DNA of 64,000 nucleotides from assembly GCA_902384455.1 (NCBI GenBank), contig CABMCB010000018.1, forward strand, positions 19,008 to 83,007, given 5' to 3'. The notes beneath the pieces are model-generated. The model searched no databases. It was not told the origin of the DNA and worked only from the letters and a program-made list of their open reading frames with translations. Origin of the DNA: an uncultured archaeon (GTDB taxonomy: Archaea; Altiarchaeota; Altiarchaeia; IMC4; SCGC-AAA252-I15). The translations under genes and the position numbers were made by a program. Position 1 is the first letter of the stretch. Each line of letters opens with the position of its first letter. Below, one piece after another: positions 33,517 to 42,586 of the stretch.

Positions 33517-34087
33517 CCCAGAAAAAGAAGCAGACAAATACCTCAAAAAAGTAGCCGACACCATAAACAAAATCGACCGCAAAAAAATAGCCCAACTAAC
33601 AGACCTAATGCTCACAACATACCAAAAAAACGGCACAATCTACATATTCGGAAACGGCGGCTCAGCAGCAAACGCAAGCCACATGACAGGCGACATAATC
33701 AAAGACTACTCATACGGCCGAAAAAAACGGTTCAAAGCCATCTGCTTAAGCGACAACACCCCCGCTTTGATGGCTTACGCCAACGACGTCTCGTATGAGG
33801 ACGTGTTCGTGGAGCAGCTTAAGAATTTTCTGGATAAAGACGACTTGGTGATAGGCATCTCAGGCAGCGGAAACAGCATGAACGTCGTAAAGGCGCTGCT
33901 TTACGCCAAAGAGAAAGGGGCGAAAACAGTGGCCTTCTGCGGGTTTGACGGCGGAAAAATAAGGGGAATCGCAGACCTCGCCCTGCACGCTGAAATCAAT
34001 GACATGGAAGTGTCTGAGGACGTGCACCTAGCCCTCGCCCACTGCGCAAAGCGAATTATCTCAAAGAAAATTCCGCCGGAAAAATAA
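33509..34087 (+). CDS. gmhA: Phosphoheptose isomerase (SIS domain)
   Basis: GNGGSAANASH, AYAND, ISGSGNS, SEDVH; GGTGA ribosome-binding site before ATG 33509. Confidence 0.85.
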   Translation: MTDPEKEADKYLKKVADTINKIDRKKIAQLTDLMLTTYQKNGTIYIFGNGGSAANASHMTGDIIKDYSYGRKKRFKAICLSDNTPALMAYANDVSYEDVFVEQLKNFLDKDDLVIGISGSGNSMNVVKALLYAKEKGAKTVAFCGFDGGKIRGIADLALHAEINDMEVSEDVHLALAHCAKRIISKKIPPEK

Positions 34088-34102
34088 CTCCTTCCAGTCC
34101 GA

Positions 34103-35014
34103 CTAACTTTGTAGGTACACCCACTTGAGCACGTCAGTTGACGTGACAATGCCCAGAACATTCTCTTCCTCCACTACGGGAAACCCGCCGAAACCTGTCT
34201 CGTGAATCAAACGCGGCACAACAGACAAATCATCGTCAGGACTAACCGTAACAGGCTCAGACATGACCTCGCTGACGCGCGTAGACAAATTCTCCTCCGC
34301 GTTCACTCCCCTGAAATTACCCTTCTCAAGAAACTTCAGGACGTCAAAGACCGTCACAATGCCCGTCAGACGGCACTCCTGGATAACAGGAAGCCGCCTT
34401 AAACCATTTCTCACCATAACGCGGCTGACGTCAGACAACATCATTCCGGGAGTGGCCTCAATCAGCTTTGTGTTCATCACATCACCTACGGTAACGCCAA
34501 AGTCCTCGCCGGAAGGCAAAATGTCGCGCTCAGTCACAATCGCCTCAACCCTCATGCTCTCAACGCTGTCAACCACAGGCAAACAACTGGTATGCTTAGT
34601 GACAATAAAACGGATGACGTCCGAAACAGACTCCTTCCTCGTGACAAAACTCGCCTCAGACATAATCTTAGTAATAGGCGCATTAATCGCAGAAAGAAAA
34701 TTCCCCCTATAATCCTCCTCAATAATCCTATACTTAGGCCCACCACCCAAGAAATCCAAAATACTAATCGCAGTAACAAGACCCAAAAGACGATTAGTAC
34801 CCGCATCAGTAACAGGCAACCGCCTAAAATCATGCTGACGCATAAGACGCGCAGACTCCAAAACAGACGAAGTAGGCCTTACCGAAACAACCTTCGTCTC
34901 GGCAACCTTCAGCACGTCGCTCTCCTTAATGTGCTTGTGGTGCGCTTTGGCCTCGTGAGCCCCCCGGTCAACCTTGCTCCTGTTGTCTGAAAAAGACGTT
35001 GGATTAGACTTCAT
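34103..35014 (-). CDS. CBS-domain protein (four CBS repeats)
   Basis: RRLPV, CLPVV and GFPVV repeats with GIVT motifs. Confidence 0.88.
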   Translation of the reverse strand: MKSNPTSFSDNRSKVDRGAHEAKAHHKHIKESDVLKVAETKVVSVRPTSSVLESARLMRQHDFRRLPVTDAGTNRLLGLVTAISILDFLGGGPKYRIIEEDYRGNFLSAINAPITKIMSEASFVTRKESVSDVIRFIVTKHTSCLPVVDSVESMRVEAIVTERDILPSGEDFGVTVGDVMNTKLIEATPGMMLSDVSRVMVRNGLRRLPVIQECRLTGIVTVFDVLKFLEKGNFRGVNAEENLSTRVSEVMSEPVTVSPDDDLSVVPRLIHETGFGGFPVVEEENVLGIVTSTDVLKWVYLQS

Positions 35015-35034
35015 TTTGAAAATGAAAACACCCC

Positions 35035-35796
35035 TTACTTCTTGCTGTGAACCAACTCGCAAAGCTTGCGAGTCATCGCTGTCACATCATCAGCCTGAAA
35101 CACGTTCCTGCCAATGCTAACGCCGGCAGCACCGGAATCCATAGCATCGCGAATCATCTGGAACAAAGCCTCGTCGCTGTCCACCTTAGGACCCCCCGCA
35201 ATCACCACGGGAGCAGGACAACCCTCGACAACCTCCCTAAACGACTTCTTGTCGCCAGTATAAGGGCACTTAATGATGTCAGCGCCCAACTCAGCGCCCA
35301 AACGAGCCACATGCTTAACATACTTCACGTCAGTCTCACTCTTAACGTTGCGGCCGCGCGGGTACATCATTGCGATAAGAGGCATGCCGTATTCAGCGCA
35401 GTCCTCAGCAACCCTCCCCAAATCAAAGAGCATCTGGCTTTCGTTGTCTGCGCCAACGTTAATGTGAACGCTCACAGCGTCAGCCCCAAGCCGAACAGCC
35501 TCCTTGACGGTGCTCGCTAAAACCTTAGTGTTAGGGTCAGGACCGATGCTAGAACCAGCCGAAAGATGAATGATAAGACCAATGTCGTGGCCGTAGCCGC
35601 GGTGCCCATACTGCACCATGCCCTTATGCACTAGGACGGCATTAGCGCCCCCCTCCGCTATCTTGTTGATTGTCGCCGGAAGGTCCTCAAGACCCCTGAT
35701 GGGGCCGACTGTTACTCCGTGGTCCAAAGGCACAATAACGGTTTTCCCGCTCTTGCGGTCGATTATGCGCTCAAGGCGGACTTTCTTGCCAATCAT
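35035..35796 (-). CDS. Class I aldolase, DhnA family (2-amino-3,7-dideoxy-D-threo-hept-6-ulosonate synthase or FBP aldolase)
   Basis: [19 protein letters not shown] (Schiff-base Lys), IAGGPK, GRNVFQ. Confidence 0.88.
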   Translation of the reverse strand: MIGKKVRLERIIDRKSGKTVIVPLDHGVTVGPIRGLEDLPATINKIAEGGANAVLVHKGMVQYGHRGYGHDIGLIIHLSAGSSIGPDPNTKVLASTVKEAVRLGADAVSVHINVGADNESQMLFDLGRVAEDCAEYGMPLIAMMYPRGRNVKSETDVKYVKHVARLGAELGADIIKCPYTGDKKSFREVVEGCPAPVVIAGGPKVDSDEALFQMIRDAMDSGAAGVSIGRNVFQADDVTAMTRKLCELVHSKK

Positions 35797-35947
35797 ACTT
35801 AAACACCCCCGCTGGGAGGTTAATATTATCAAACCACGCCCTTAAAACCCGCTTTAGAGGCATATGCGGCATTTCTACCGGCAGCAAAAAACAAAACACA
35901 AAAATCCGCTAAAAACGCCGTATACACCGGGTTTTACGTTCTTTTAA

Positions 35948-35978
35948 CGCCGTTTTCCTTAAAAACGGCGGTTTTATA
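35948..35978 (+). promoter_or_regulatory. Palindrome abutting a putative TATA box
   Basis: cgccgtttt-N5-aaaacggcg (35948-35970) then TTTATA (35973-35978), about 20 nt before ATG 35999. Confidence 0.4.
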
Positions 35979-35998
35979 GGAATGCTCCAAATACCTTA

Positions 35999-36550
35999 AT
36001 GGTGGTTGGTGTGAAGAAAACGAAAAAGATTCAGAAGACTTCTCGCTCCTTGGGAAAAAAACCATCCGCTAAAAGCACCCCAACGAAGCCCACCAAACCC
36101 CCGGCCAAGCCGAAAAAGACGACTGCCCCAAAGAAACCAGTAAAAAAGGCCAAGTCAGCCGTCAAAAAGCCAATAAAGGCGGCGCCTAAAAAACAGTCTC
36201 CACCAAAGAGGGCAGCACCAACAAAGGCTGCCGCACCAAAAACCGCTGCGCCTAAAACAACGTACGGCGGGCCATCTACGCTTTCAGTGCCTATCACTCA
36301 CCCGTCTGACGTAGTGGTGATGGGCGAAGTCGTAACCCCCGCCAGCATCAAATCCTTGACTAAGGAGGCTAAACGTAAGATGCGGTTCACCATAGACGAC
36401 GTCAACATAGTCGACATCATACCCCATCAGGATCCAAACAATCTCTTCGTCAAGATTGCCGTAATAGACCGAGTCCAAGAAGAGGCCGTCAAAATGTTCC
36501 CTAAATCGGCAGTTAGGCGTCTGAACAAGATAACCTTGGAAATCCGTTGA
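35999..36550 (+). CDS. Hypothetical protein with histone-H1-like K/P/A-rich N-terminus and small globular C-terminal domain
   Basis: KKPVKKAK and AAPK repeats over about 85 aa, followed by an ordered beta/alpha-like region. Confidence 0.7.
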   Translation: MVVGVKKTKKIQKTSRSLGKKPSAKSTPTKPTKPPAKPKKTTAPKKPVKKAKSAVKKPIKAAPKKQSPPKRAAPTKAAAPKTAAPKTTYGGPSTLSVPITHPSDVVVMGEVVTPASIKSLTKEAKRKMRFTIDDVNIVDIIPHQDPNNLFVKIAVIDRVQEEAVKMFPKSAVRRLNKITLEIR

Positions 36551-36593
36551 TTGACGTAAAGAGCGCTTATTTGTTTATATGGCGGCTGCTCCT

Positions 36594-36749
36594 AAGGGGA
36601 TTATGAGGGGGCTCCGCTCGCTCACAACATAAAAACTCTCTGTCCGCGACCTTCCGCCGAGTCAAACTGTGACGTCGGGAGGCGGGGCGGACGGATTAAT
36701 AATCAAATAAACGACGACCCCCTCACCAATCTCCTTTTTGCAGTTTTTT
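36594..36749 (+). ncRNA. Candidate structured small RNA (rod with central bubble)
   Basis: Long terminal stem, A-rich bubble, GC-rich apical hairpin; upstream TTTATA and downstream T-tracts; G.U pairs favour the + strand. Confidence 0.55.
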
Positions 36750-36753
36750 GGGG

Positions 36754-36972
36754 TTATTGGAATAGAATCATCAGGGAGACTACGAGTCCGTATATTGCTA
36801 TGGCTTCTGCTAGGGCGACAAATAGTAGGACTTTTCCGCTTGTTTCGGGTTTTTCTTTTACTGCGTTTGCGGCTGCGGATCCTGTGGCTGCTATTGCGTA
36901 GGCTGATGCCATGGCGGCCATTCCTATTGCGAGTGCGGCGCATATTTCCTTGCCTACGTCTATTGAGACCAT
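36754..36972 (-). CDS. atpK: Stand-alone V/A-type ATP synthase proteolipid subunit K/c
   Basis: 72 aa two-helix hairpin from ATG 36972; loop EKPE; ion-binding Glu in ALAEAIAIYG. Confidence 0.88.
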   Translation of the reverse strand: MVSIDVGKEICAALAIGMAAMASAYAIAATGSAAANAVKEKPETSGKVLLFVALAEAIAIYGLVVSLMILFQ

Positions 36973-36974
36973 GC

Positions 36975-37109
36975 TTATTTTGCTCTGTTTTTGATTTGTT
37001 TTGGGCGGGATTCTAGTTTGTCGTGGAAGTTGTATATGGTGCGGGTTATGCCTGCCCATATGGCGAATCCGAAAAAGGCGATTAGTCCCAGTGCGAGTAT
37101 GCTTGCCAT
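36975..37109 (-). CDS. Small single-TM membrane protein (44 aa)
   Basis: Not in the ORF track: MASILALGLIAFFGFAIWAGITRTIYNFHDKLESRPKQIKNRAK*, with its stop 2 nt before the atpK ATG. Confidence 0.55.
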   Translation of the reverse strand: MASILALGLIAFFGFAIWAGITRTIYNFHDKLESRPKQIKNRAK

Positions 37110-37188
37110 TATAGTCTTTATAGTTCTCTCATATTGTGTTTATAAATAGTTTATATATAAGTTATGTAGAATATTTATTGTATATAGA

Positions 37189-38127
37189 ATGCTTGAGCAC
37201 AGGAAGCTTCAGATTACTGGGGGAGCGACATACACAATAAGCCTCCCTAGGCAGTGGGTCATCAAGAACAAACTGAAAAAAGGCTCTGAACTTACGGTTA
37301 TAGACCTGACCACCAACGACCTTCTAATCAGAACTCACACCCAGAAAGACGAGAGAACCGCAACCCTTGACATATCCGGCGAAGAGGACGCCGGCTACAT
37401 AATCCGCAGATTCATAACAAAATACATTCAGGGGTACACTACAATCGCTTTCATCGCGAATCCTAAAATCACTCCCACCGCCCGCAAAATACTTAAGGAA
37501 ACCGCCGTCTTGCTCATAGGCCTTGAGTTGTATGACGATTCGGCTACTGAGGTCACTTTTCGGGTGCTTTTGAGGGAGGATATTTCAGTTGATGAGTCGG
37601 TTAGTCAGATGGCGGATTTGTGTTTTTCGTCTGTGGAGGAGGTGGGGGAATTTTTGAGTAATCCTTCTTCTGATGTTGCTTCAAATGTCGCTCAAAGGGA
37701 GGTTGAGGTTGACAAGTTTTATTTCCTTGTCCTTAGGCAGCTTGCGACCACTGCCGGCATCCCCAATACCACGTGGATTCGGGCGGCGACCGCGATTGAG
37801 AGGGCTCACGATCAGATTGAGCGGATTGTTAAGCTTGCTTCCGACGTAGACAAGACGGCGTTGAGGAAGAATCAACGGATAAAGGACGCTTACGGCAGGC
37901 TTCGCCGCCTTTATTCTGACGCCTCAGACTCGTTGAAGCGTGTTGATGCGGTCAAAGCCAACCGCGTCGTCGAAGAGGTTACTGCGTTTGAGCAGTCTCA
38001 AAGCAAACAGCTTGATGAAATAATCAAGCAGAAGGAGGACCCCCGAAGCATATTGATTTACGACGGATTCTATAGGCTTGCCGCCCACATAAGCGACGTG
38101 GGCGAAGCCGTTGTTAATTTGACTTGA
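37189..38127 (+). CDS. phoU: Phosphate uptake regulator (AbrB-like N-terminus plus PhoU domains)
   Basis: RKLQITGGATYTISLPRQWV, EVEVDKFYFLVLRQL, IERAHD. Confidence 0.88.
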   Translation: MLEHRKLQITGGATYTISLPRQWVIKNKLKKGSELTVIDLTTNDLLIRTHTQKDERTATLDISGEEDAGYIIRRFITKYIQGYTTIAFIANPKITPTARKILKETAVLLIGLELYDDSATEVTFRVLLREDISVDESVSQMADLCFSSVEEVGEFLSNPSSDVASNVAQREVEVDKFYFLVLRQLATTAGIPNTTWIRAATAIERAHDQIERIVKLASDVDKTALRKNQRIKDAYGRLRRLYSDASDSLKRVDAVKANRVVEEVTAFEQSQSKQLDEIIKQKEDPRSILIYDGFYRLAAHISDVGEAVVNLT

Positions 38128-38129
38128 TT

Positions 38130-38984
38130 TTAGCGCATGAGTGTTGCGCTTCCTCCTCCGCCTGGCATTTCATGTAGGCGTTTGATTCTTTCTTTGGCTG
38201 GGGGGTGGGTTGAGAATAGGTTTATGAAGTTCGTTCCTCCGAATGGGTTGGCGATGTACATGTGGGCGGTGGAGGGGTTTCCTTGCTTTGGGTGGGTGCG
38301 TACGTTTGAGTCGATTTTTTCAAGCGCGGATGCGAGCCATTGGGGATTTGTGAGTTGCGCGCCTCCTTCGTCTGCGGCGTATTCGCGGCTTCTGCTTATC
38401 GCAAGTTGGATTAGCATGCCGGCAATCGGGGCGAGTATTACGGCAACGAGAGCTAGGGCGTTTCCGCCTCGGTCTTCTCTGTCGCTTCTGTTCCACATGA
38501 AAGCGTAACCCAGGTAACTTAGTACGCCTGCCATTACTGCGGCTATTGTGGATATGAGCACGTCCCTGTTTTTCACGTGCGTCAGCTCATGCCCTATGAC
38601 GCCTTCAACTTCCTGCGCAGTGCAGGCGGAAAGTAGTCCTGTGTGGACGACTATTGCTGCGTGCCCCGGCCCTCGGCCTGTGGCGAATGCGTTTAGTGTG
38701 GGGTCGTTTACTATGTAGGCTTTTGGCGTTGGGATGTTTGCTTTGCGCGCTACTTTTTCCACTATCTCATTCAGCTGCTTGTACTGAGCGGGGTCTGCGG
38801 GCTGGGCATGGGTCATTGCAAGAACAATCCTGTCGCTGAACCAGTACGTCAGGATGTTCATCAGGCCGCCTACTATTAGGCCCATGAATGCGTAGTTTTT
38901 TCCTCCGACTAGTGTGAATGCGGCGATGACGACGCCCATAAGTAGCGCCATCAGGAAAGTCGTTTTAAGCATGTTCCAGGCCAT
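38130..38984 (-). CDS. htpX: Zinc metalloprotease HtpX (M48)
   Basis: NAFATGR, GHELTH (HExxH), SRSREYAAD, FSTHPP. Confidence 0.95.
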   Translation of the reverse strand: MAWNMLKTTFLMALLMGVVIAAFTLVGGKNYAFMGLIVGGLMNILTYWFSDRIVLAMTHAQPADPAQYKQLNEIVEKVARKANIPTPKAYIVNDPTLNAFATGRGPGHAAIVVHTGLLSACTAQEVEGVIGHELTHVKNRDVLISTIAAVMAGVLSYLGYAFMWNRSDREDRGGNALALVAVILAPIAGMLIQLAISRSREYAADEGGAQLTNPQWLASALEKIDSNVRTHPKQGNPSTAHMYIANPFGGTNFINLFSTHPPAKERIKRLHEMPGGGGSATLMR

Positions 38985-39047
38985 TTTGGTTCACCTCTTT
39001 GTGTGAGATGTCTTAAGGTGAATGGGAATATAAAAATGGCTTGTTGG

Positions 39048-40160
39048 TTATAGTTGTATTTCTGCGTATACTCTTCGGTCTTCTTCTTCGTGGAATTCTA
39101 TTTTGGAGTTGTTTGTTGGGTCTTGGCTCCATTTGCGGGCTATTCTGCGCATGAGTATTTCGCCTTTTGCTGCAAGCGGTCCGAGGCTTACTCGTGTTAC
39201 TCCCGCTTCTTTGGCTTCTTCTATTACGTGGTACGTGAGTTGTTCGCCTGTTGTGGGCTGGCCTTGGGTTTGTGCGCCTCTCGCGCTTGGTTCTATGTAT
39301 AGGGCGTGGCCGTAGTATGTTTTGCCGGTTATTTTTCCGGCGGTGAATCCTGCGAGGTATCCTCTGTGGTATACGCCCCATTTCATTCCTGCTTCCCGTA
39401 TTTCTTTTCTGTCTTCGGATGGTGCTCTTGCTTCTTGGATGAAGGCGTCTATCATGTAGTCTGGGACGGCGTCTATTCTTTGGAGTGTGATTTGATTTGG
39501 GTGGTCTATCGGCGGTTGTGGCCCGGTGGGTCTTACGCGTAGGTCGCAGAGTGGTCTGTCGTCTTCGCCTTTGGAGAATATGAGTCTGAAGGGGCTGTTT
39601 GGTTGGTCGGCACCTGTTGCGTTTCTGAATCTGTCGGCGTATCCGTCGGGCATTCCGTCGAGGTCCGCTCCTGCGAGGCCGTTTTTCTGCGCTTCGCCTG
39701 CAAGTGCGCCTGCGAGTCCTCTGAGTGCCGCTGCTTCAACGGAGTTTGCCTGCTCGCCGCCTCCTCGTATCACGTATAGTTCGCTTACGCTGTATACGCC
39801 GTAGTCGCCTTTGTTGAATGGGTTGGCGATTACGTGTCCTACGGTTTCGCCGTCGTGAACGGCTTCAAACGCAATTCCTCCTTCTTTAATCTGCGGGGGG
39901 CCTTCTCCCCAGCGTCTCATTACTACGCCGTACATGTTTGGGGGTATTTCCGCAGGCGCTGCTGTTAGGGGATGGATTGTGACTTGAGGTTGAGCTGATG
40001 TTTGCGCTGGCATTAAGGGTGGGGGTTCTGCAGCGTTAGGTGGGCGTGTTTCTTCTATTAGAGGGGGTTCCGGCGGGGCTTGAGCTTCTTGTTGAGGGGG
40101 GACTTCTCTTTGTTGTCTTTCCTTCTGCAAGTCTTCAAGAATGCGTTTAATATTGCTCAT
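39048..40160 (-). CDS. Hypothetical protein, Pro/Gln-rich N-terminus, possible GNAT-like C-terminal domain
   Basis: 370 aa ORF; ALYIEPSARG...GEQL resembles GNAT motif A. Confidence 0.6.
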   Translation of the reverse strand: MSNIKRILEDLQKERQQREVPPQQEAQAPPEPPLIEETRPPNAAEPPPLMPAQTSAQPQVTIHPLTAAPAEIPPNMYGVVMRRWGEGPPQIKEGGIAFEAVHDGETVGHVIANPFNKGDYGVYSVSELYVIRGGGEQANSVEAAALRGLAGALAGEAQKNGLAGADLDGMPDGYADRFRNATGADQPNSPFRLIFSKGEDDRPLCDLRVRPTGPQPPIDHPNQITLQRIDAVPDYMIDAFIQEARAPSEDRKEIREAGMKWGVYHRGYLAGFTAGKITGKTYYGHALYIEPSARGAQTQGQPTTGEQLTYHVIEEAKEAGVTRVSLGPLAAKGEILMRRIARKWSQDPTNNSKIEFHEEEDRRVYAEIQL

Positions 40161-40259
40161 GATATTATAGCCCCGTGGTTATTACCGGGAGTTTAGAACG
40201 GAAATAAATAGAGAACGGGCTTTTTGTGTTTTATTGTAGTCTTGGCTGTAGTTAATTGC

Positions 40260-41162
40260 ATGGCCAGTGTAGTGGACAAGCGCAATTACGCCGAGGAAGT
40301 CAGGGAGACCAATAGATTCCTTGGCGGAGGGCTTGTTTCGTCGGCTGACTTGATGACTTTGGCTGTGGACCGCAGGGTCATGAAGGAGATTGTCTCGGCT
40401 GCGAAAGTAGTGCATATGAACGAGTTTGGTGAAGGGGACGGGCCCTTAGACTCCGTCTATGACAGGTTCAATCTCGTTTATGAGGGTCCGCAGAGGAAGT
40501 TGTGGTATTTAGGCCGCGAGGGAGCTAGGACTGAGTTTACGCTTTATACGGGTGAGACTATGGCGCATCTTTCTTGTAGGATGAGCAATTTTTTTCCTAA
40601 TGACTTGTTGGCTGGGTTGCTTGAGATGAAGGCTGGCGGAGGCAGTCAGGCGGATGTTTTCGGTGCTTTTCGCGGGTATTATAGTGAACGGGGTAGGGTG
40701 GCTCCTAAGTATGAGGATGCTAAGTTGTCGCTTGTCACAGTAAAGGTGGGAGACGGTGATCCTAATAATGTAAGGGTTGACCCTAAGTTTCCTGATGGGA
40801 ATGTTTTCCTTATTTTCTCTGAGGCTGAGCCTTACTTGAGGGGTATGCAGGTTACTGGTTTGCTTTTGGATTCTGCTGTGGCGCATTTTAAGGGAGTGGG
40901 TTATTCGCCTAAGTATGCTGTTGGTTATGCTAGGATGGCTAGGTTCTCTGAGGTTAGCGGGCAGACGTCTACAGCGACTGCAGATGAGGCGATGGAATAT
41001 CTGGAGCGTTATGGTGATTCCGACTGGAGCGTCAGGTTCCATAGGAACATCGGCGGGAATGTTCTTTGCGCTTTGCCGGGGTTTGCAGTTGACCCTCAAA
41101 GCAGGAACGCCGGCGTCTTGGTAGTCTACGACTTAGGGGAGCGACTTAAGGCTTTGCCGTAG
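40260..41162 (+). CDS. Hypothetical protein, possible GNAT-fold acetyltransferase-like
   Basis: 300 aa; PYLRGMQVTGLLL (motif A-like) and DWSVRFH...DPQSRNAGVLVVY. Confidence 0.6.
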   Translation: MASVVDKRNYAEEVRETNRFLGGGLVSSADLMTLAVDRRVMKEIVSAAKVVHMNEFGEGDGPLDSVYDRFNLVYEGPQRKLWYLGREGARTEFTLYTGETMAHLSCRMSNFFPNDLLAGLLEMKAGGGSQADVFGAFRGYYSERGRVAPKYEDAKLSLVTVKVGDGDPNNVRVDPKFPDGNVFLIFSEAEPYLRGMQVTGLLLDSAVAHFKGVGYSPKYAVGYARMARFSEVSGQTSTATADEAMEYLERYGDSDWSVRFHRNIGGNVLCALPGFAVDPQSRNAGVLVVYDLGERLKALP

Positions 41163-41181
41163 TTCACAGGGCCTGAATTTT

Positions 41182-42522
41182 TTACGCCGCGTTTTGTGTT
41201 GGGTTGTTTATTTTTCCTATGAATAGTATGTTGCCGGTGTCTGTTTGTTGTATTATGTAGATGAAGGGGCGGTCTGCGCGGAATATTGGTGTTGGTGCGG
41301 GCATTGCGCTTGTGAGTCCGACTATGACTGCGGTTGCTGCGGCTGCTTCTGTGCCTTCTTCGTTGACTTCGACGTATGCTTGGTGTATTACGTCTGTTAT
41401 TGAGAGGTTTCTTGTTCCGTCCATGCCTGAGAAGTCGGCGTTTGAGGTGAATGCTGTTGGCATTCCCATGCTGCTTAGTTGCTGGGGCAGGAAGTATTTT
41501 GTTTCAACTTTGAATTTAGGCAGGTACACGTCCACGCGGCGTTCGTAGATGGAGTTTCTCCATTCCGAGATTTTCTCTGCGCTGATTTCTTTCTCAAATG
41601 CGGGCATATCGCCTTCTTTGGGCAGGAGTATCAGCATGGAGATTTCTTTTCCTTCGTAAGGCAGCTCCAGGATTTGTGTGCCGCTTATTTCGGCGTACTT
41701 GAACTTCGCTTTTTCCCCTGTTTTTTTCATCAAAGGAGCTTTTACTTTTGCGGTTGCGTTGACTTTGAAGTCTTCCTGCTTCGTGTTTGTTTCGTTGAAC
41801 TGCAGCACCCATTTGCCTTTGAAGTAGATTGCGTTGGTGAGCACAAGGCGCGTCATAGGCGTCAACGCTCCCTGAGGTATAAGGTCCTTGATTTTGTCGT
41901 TAGTCTTGTTTTCCACCCACGAGTTGATTATCTGCCTTGACCCTTCCGCGTTTGACACGTAGTCCATCGGCCTTGATTCTCCGCCGTACGAGTTTTGGAT
42001 GATGCTTGTGTATTCGGGGAGGAATGGGTAATTGTTCTGCGGCCAAATGGCGTTTGCCGTGGACAGCCGGTAGTCTTTGGAGCCGGCGTTTATTTGGTCT
42101 TGGATTTGTTTGAATGAGTTTCTTCTTGCCGCATCGTCGGAGGGAATGCCGAGGACTTTTTGCATTTCAGACGCCGTCTTTCCTCTTGCGCCTTCGTATG
42201 TCATTGAGAGCGCAGTTTCTATGCTCCAGGGCGAGAAGAATATGTTTCCGCCATCGTTCTTGAGGATTTCTTTGTAGAGGTTTATTGCGAACCTGTTGTT
42301 GGCTTCAACAAGAGAGGCGGCCTGCGTAGAAGGCACTGTAGTTGTTGGGTTTGAGGTAATTAGAGTTGTGGTGGTTGAGGAGGATTGAATGGAAATAACG
42401 GACGTGGTGGTCGAGGCTTCTTGTTGCGGGGTGGTTGTGGTGGTCGTCGGGTTTGGGGTGTTGTCTATGCATCCTGCAGCCAGTACTGTGAGCGCAATTA
42501 GGAGTAAGGCCGTTTTTTTCAT
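41182..42522 (-). CDS. Serpin (serine protease inhibitor), lipoprotein-like
   Basis: LAAGC lipobox, Thr-rich linker, NIFFSPWSI, NAIYFKGKW, EEGTEAAAAT hinge, FRADRPF. Confidence 0.95.
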   Translation of the reverse strand: MKKTALLLIALTVLAAGCIDNTPNPTTTTTTPQQEASTTTSVISIQSSSTTTTLITSNPTTTVPSTQAASLVEANNRFAINLYKEILKNDGGNIFFSPWSIETALSMTYEGARGKTASEMQKVLGIPSDDAARRNSFKQIQDQINAGSKDYRLSTANAIWPQNNYPFLPEYTSIIQNSYGGESRPMDYVSNAEGSRQIINSWVENKTNDKIKDLIPQGALTPMTRLVLTNAIYFKGKWVLQFNETNTKQEDFKVNATAKVKAPLMKKTGEKAKFKYAEISGTQILELPYEGKEISMLILLPKEGDMPAFEKEISAEKISEWRNSIYERRVDVYLPKFKVETKYFLPQQLSSMGMPTAFTSNADFSGMDGTRNLSITDVIHQAYVEVNEEGTEAAAATAVIVGLTSAMPAPTPIFRADRPFIYIIQQTDTGNILFIGKINNPTQNAA

Positions 42523-42586
42523 TGTGTTAAGTTAGTCCGAAAGGGAGGATTTATAAGCGCTGGTTTTTCTGCGGCTTACGCCGAAT

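Noticed and set aside
36594-36749. Identity as SRP RNA, 5S rRNA, tRNA, RNase P RNA or an H/ACA guide
   Set aside because: No SRP helix-8 motif, 5S or RNase P conserved blocks, cloverleaf or clear K-turn; kept as an unknown RNA
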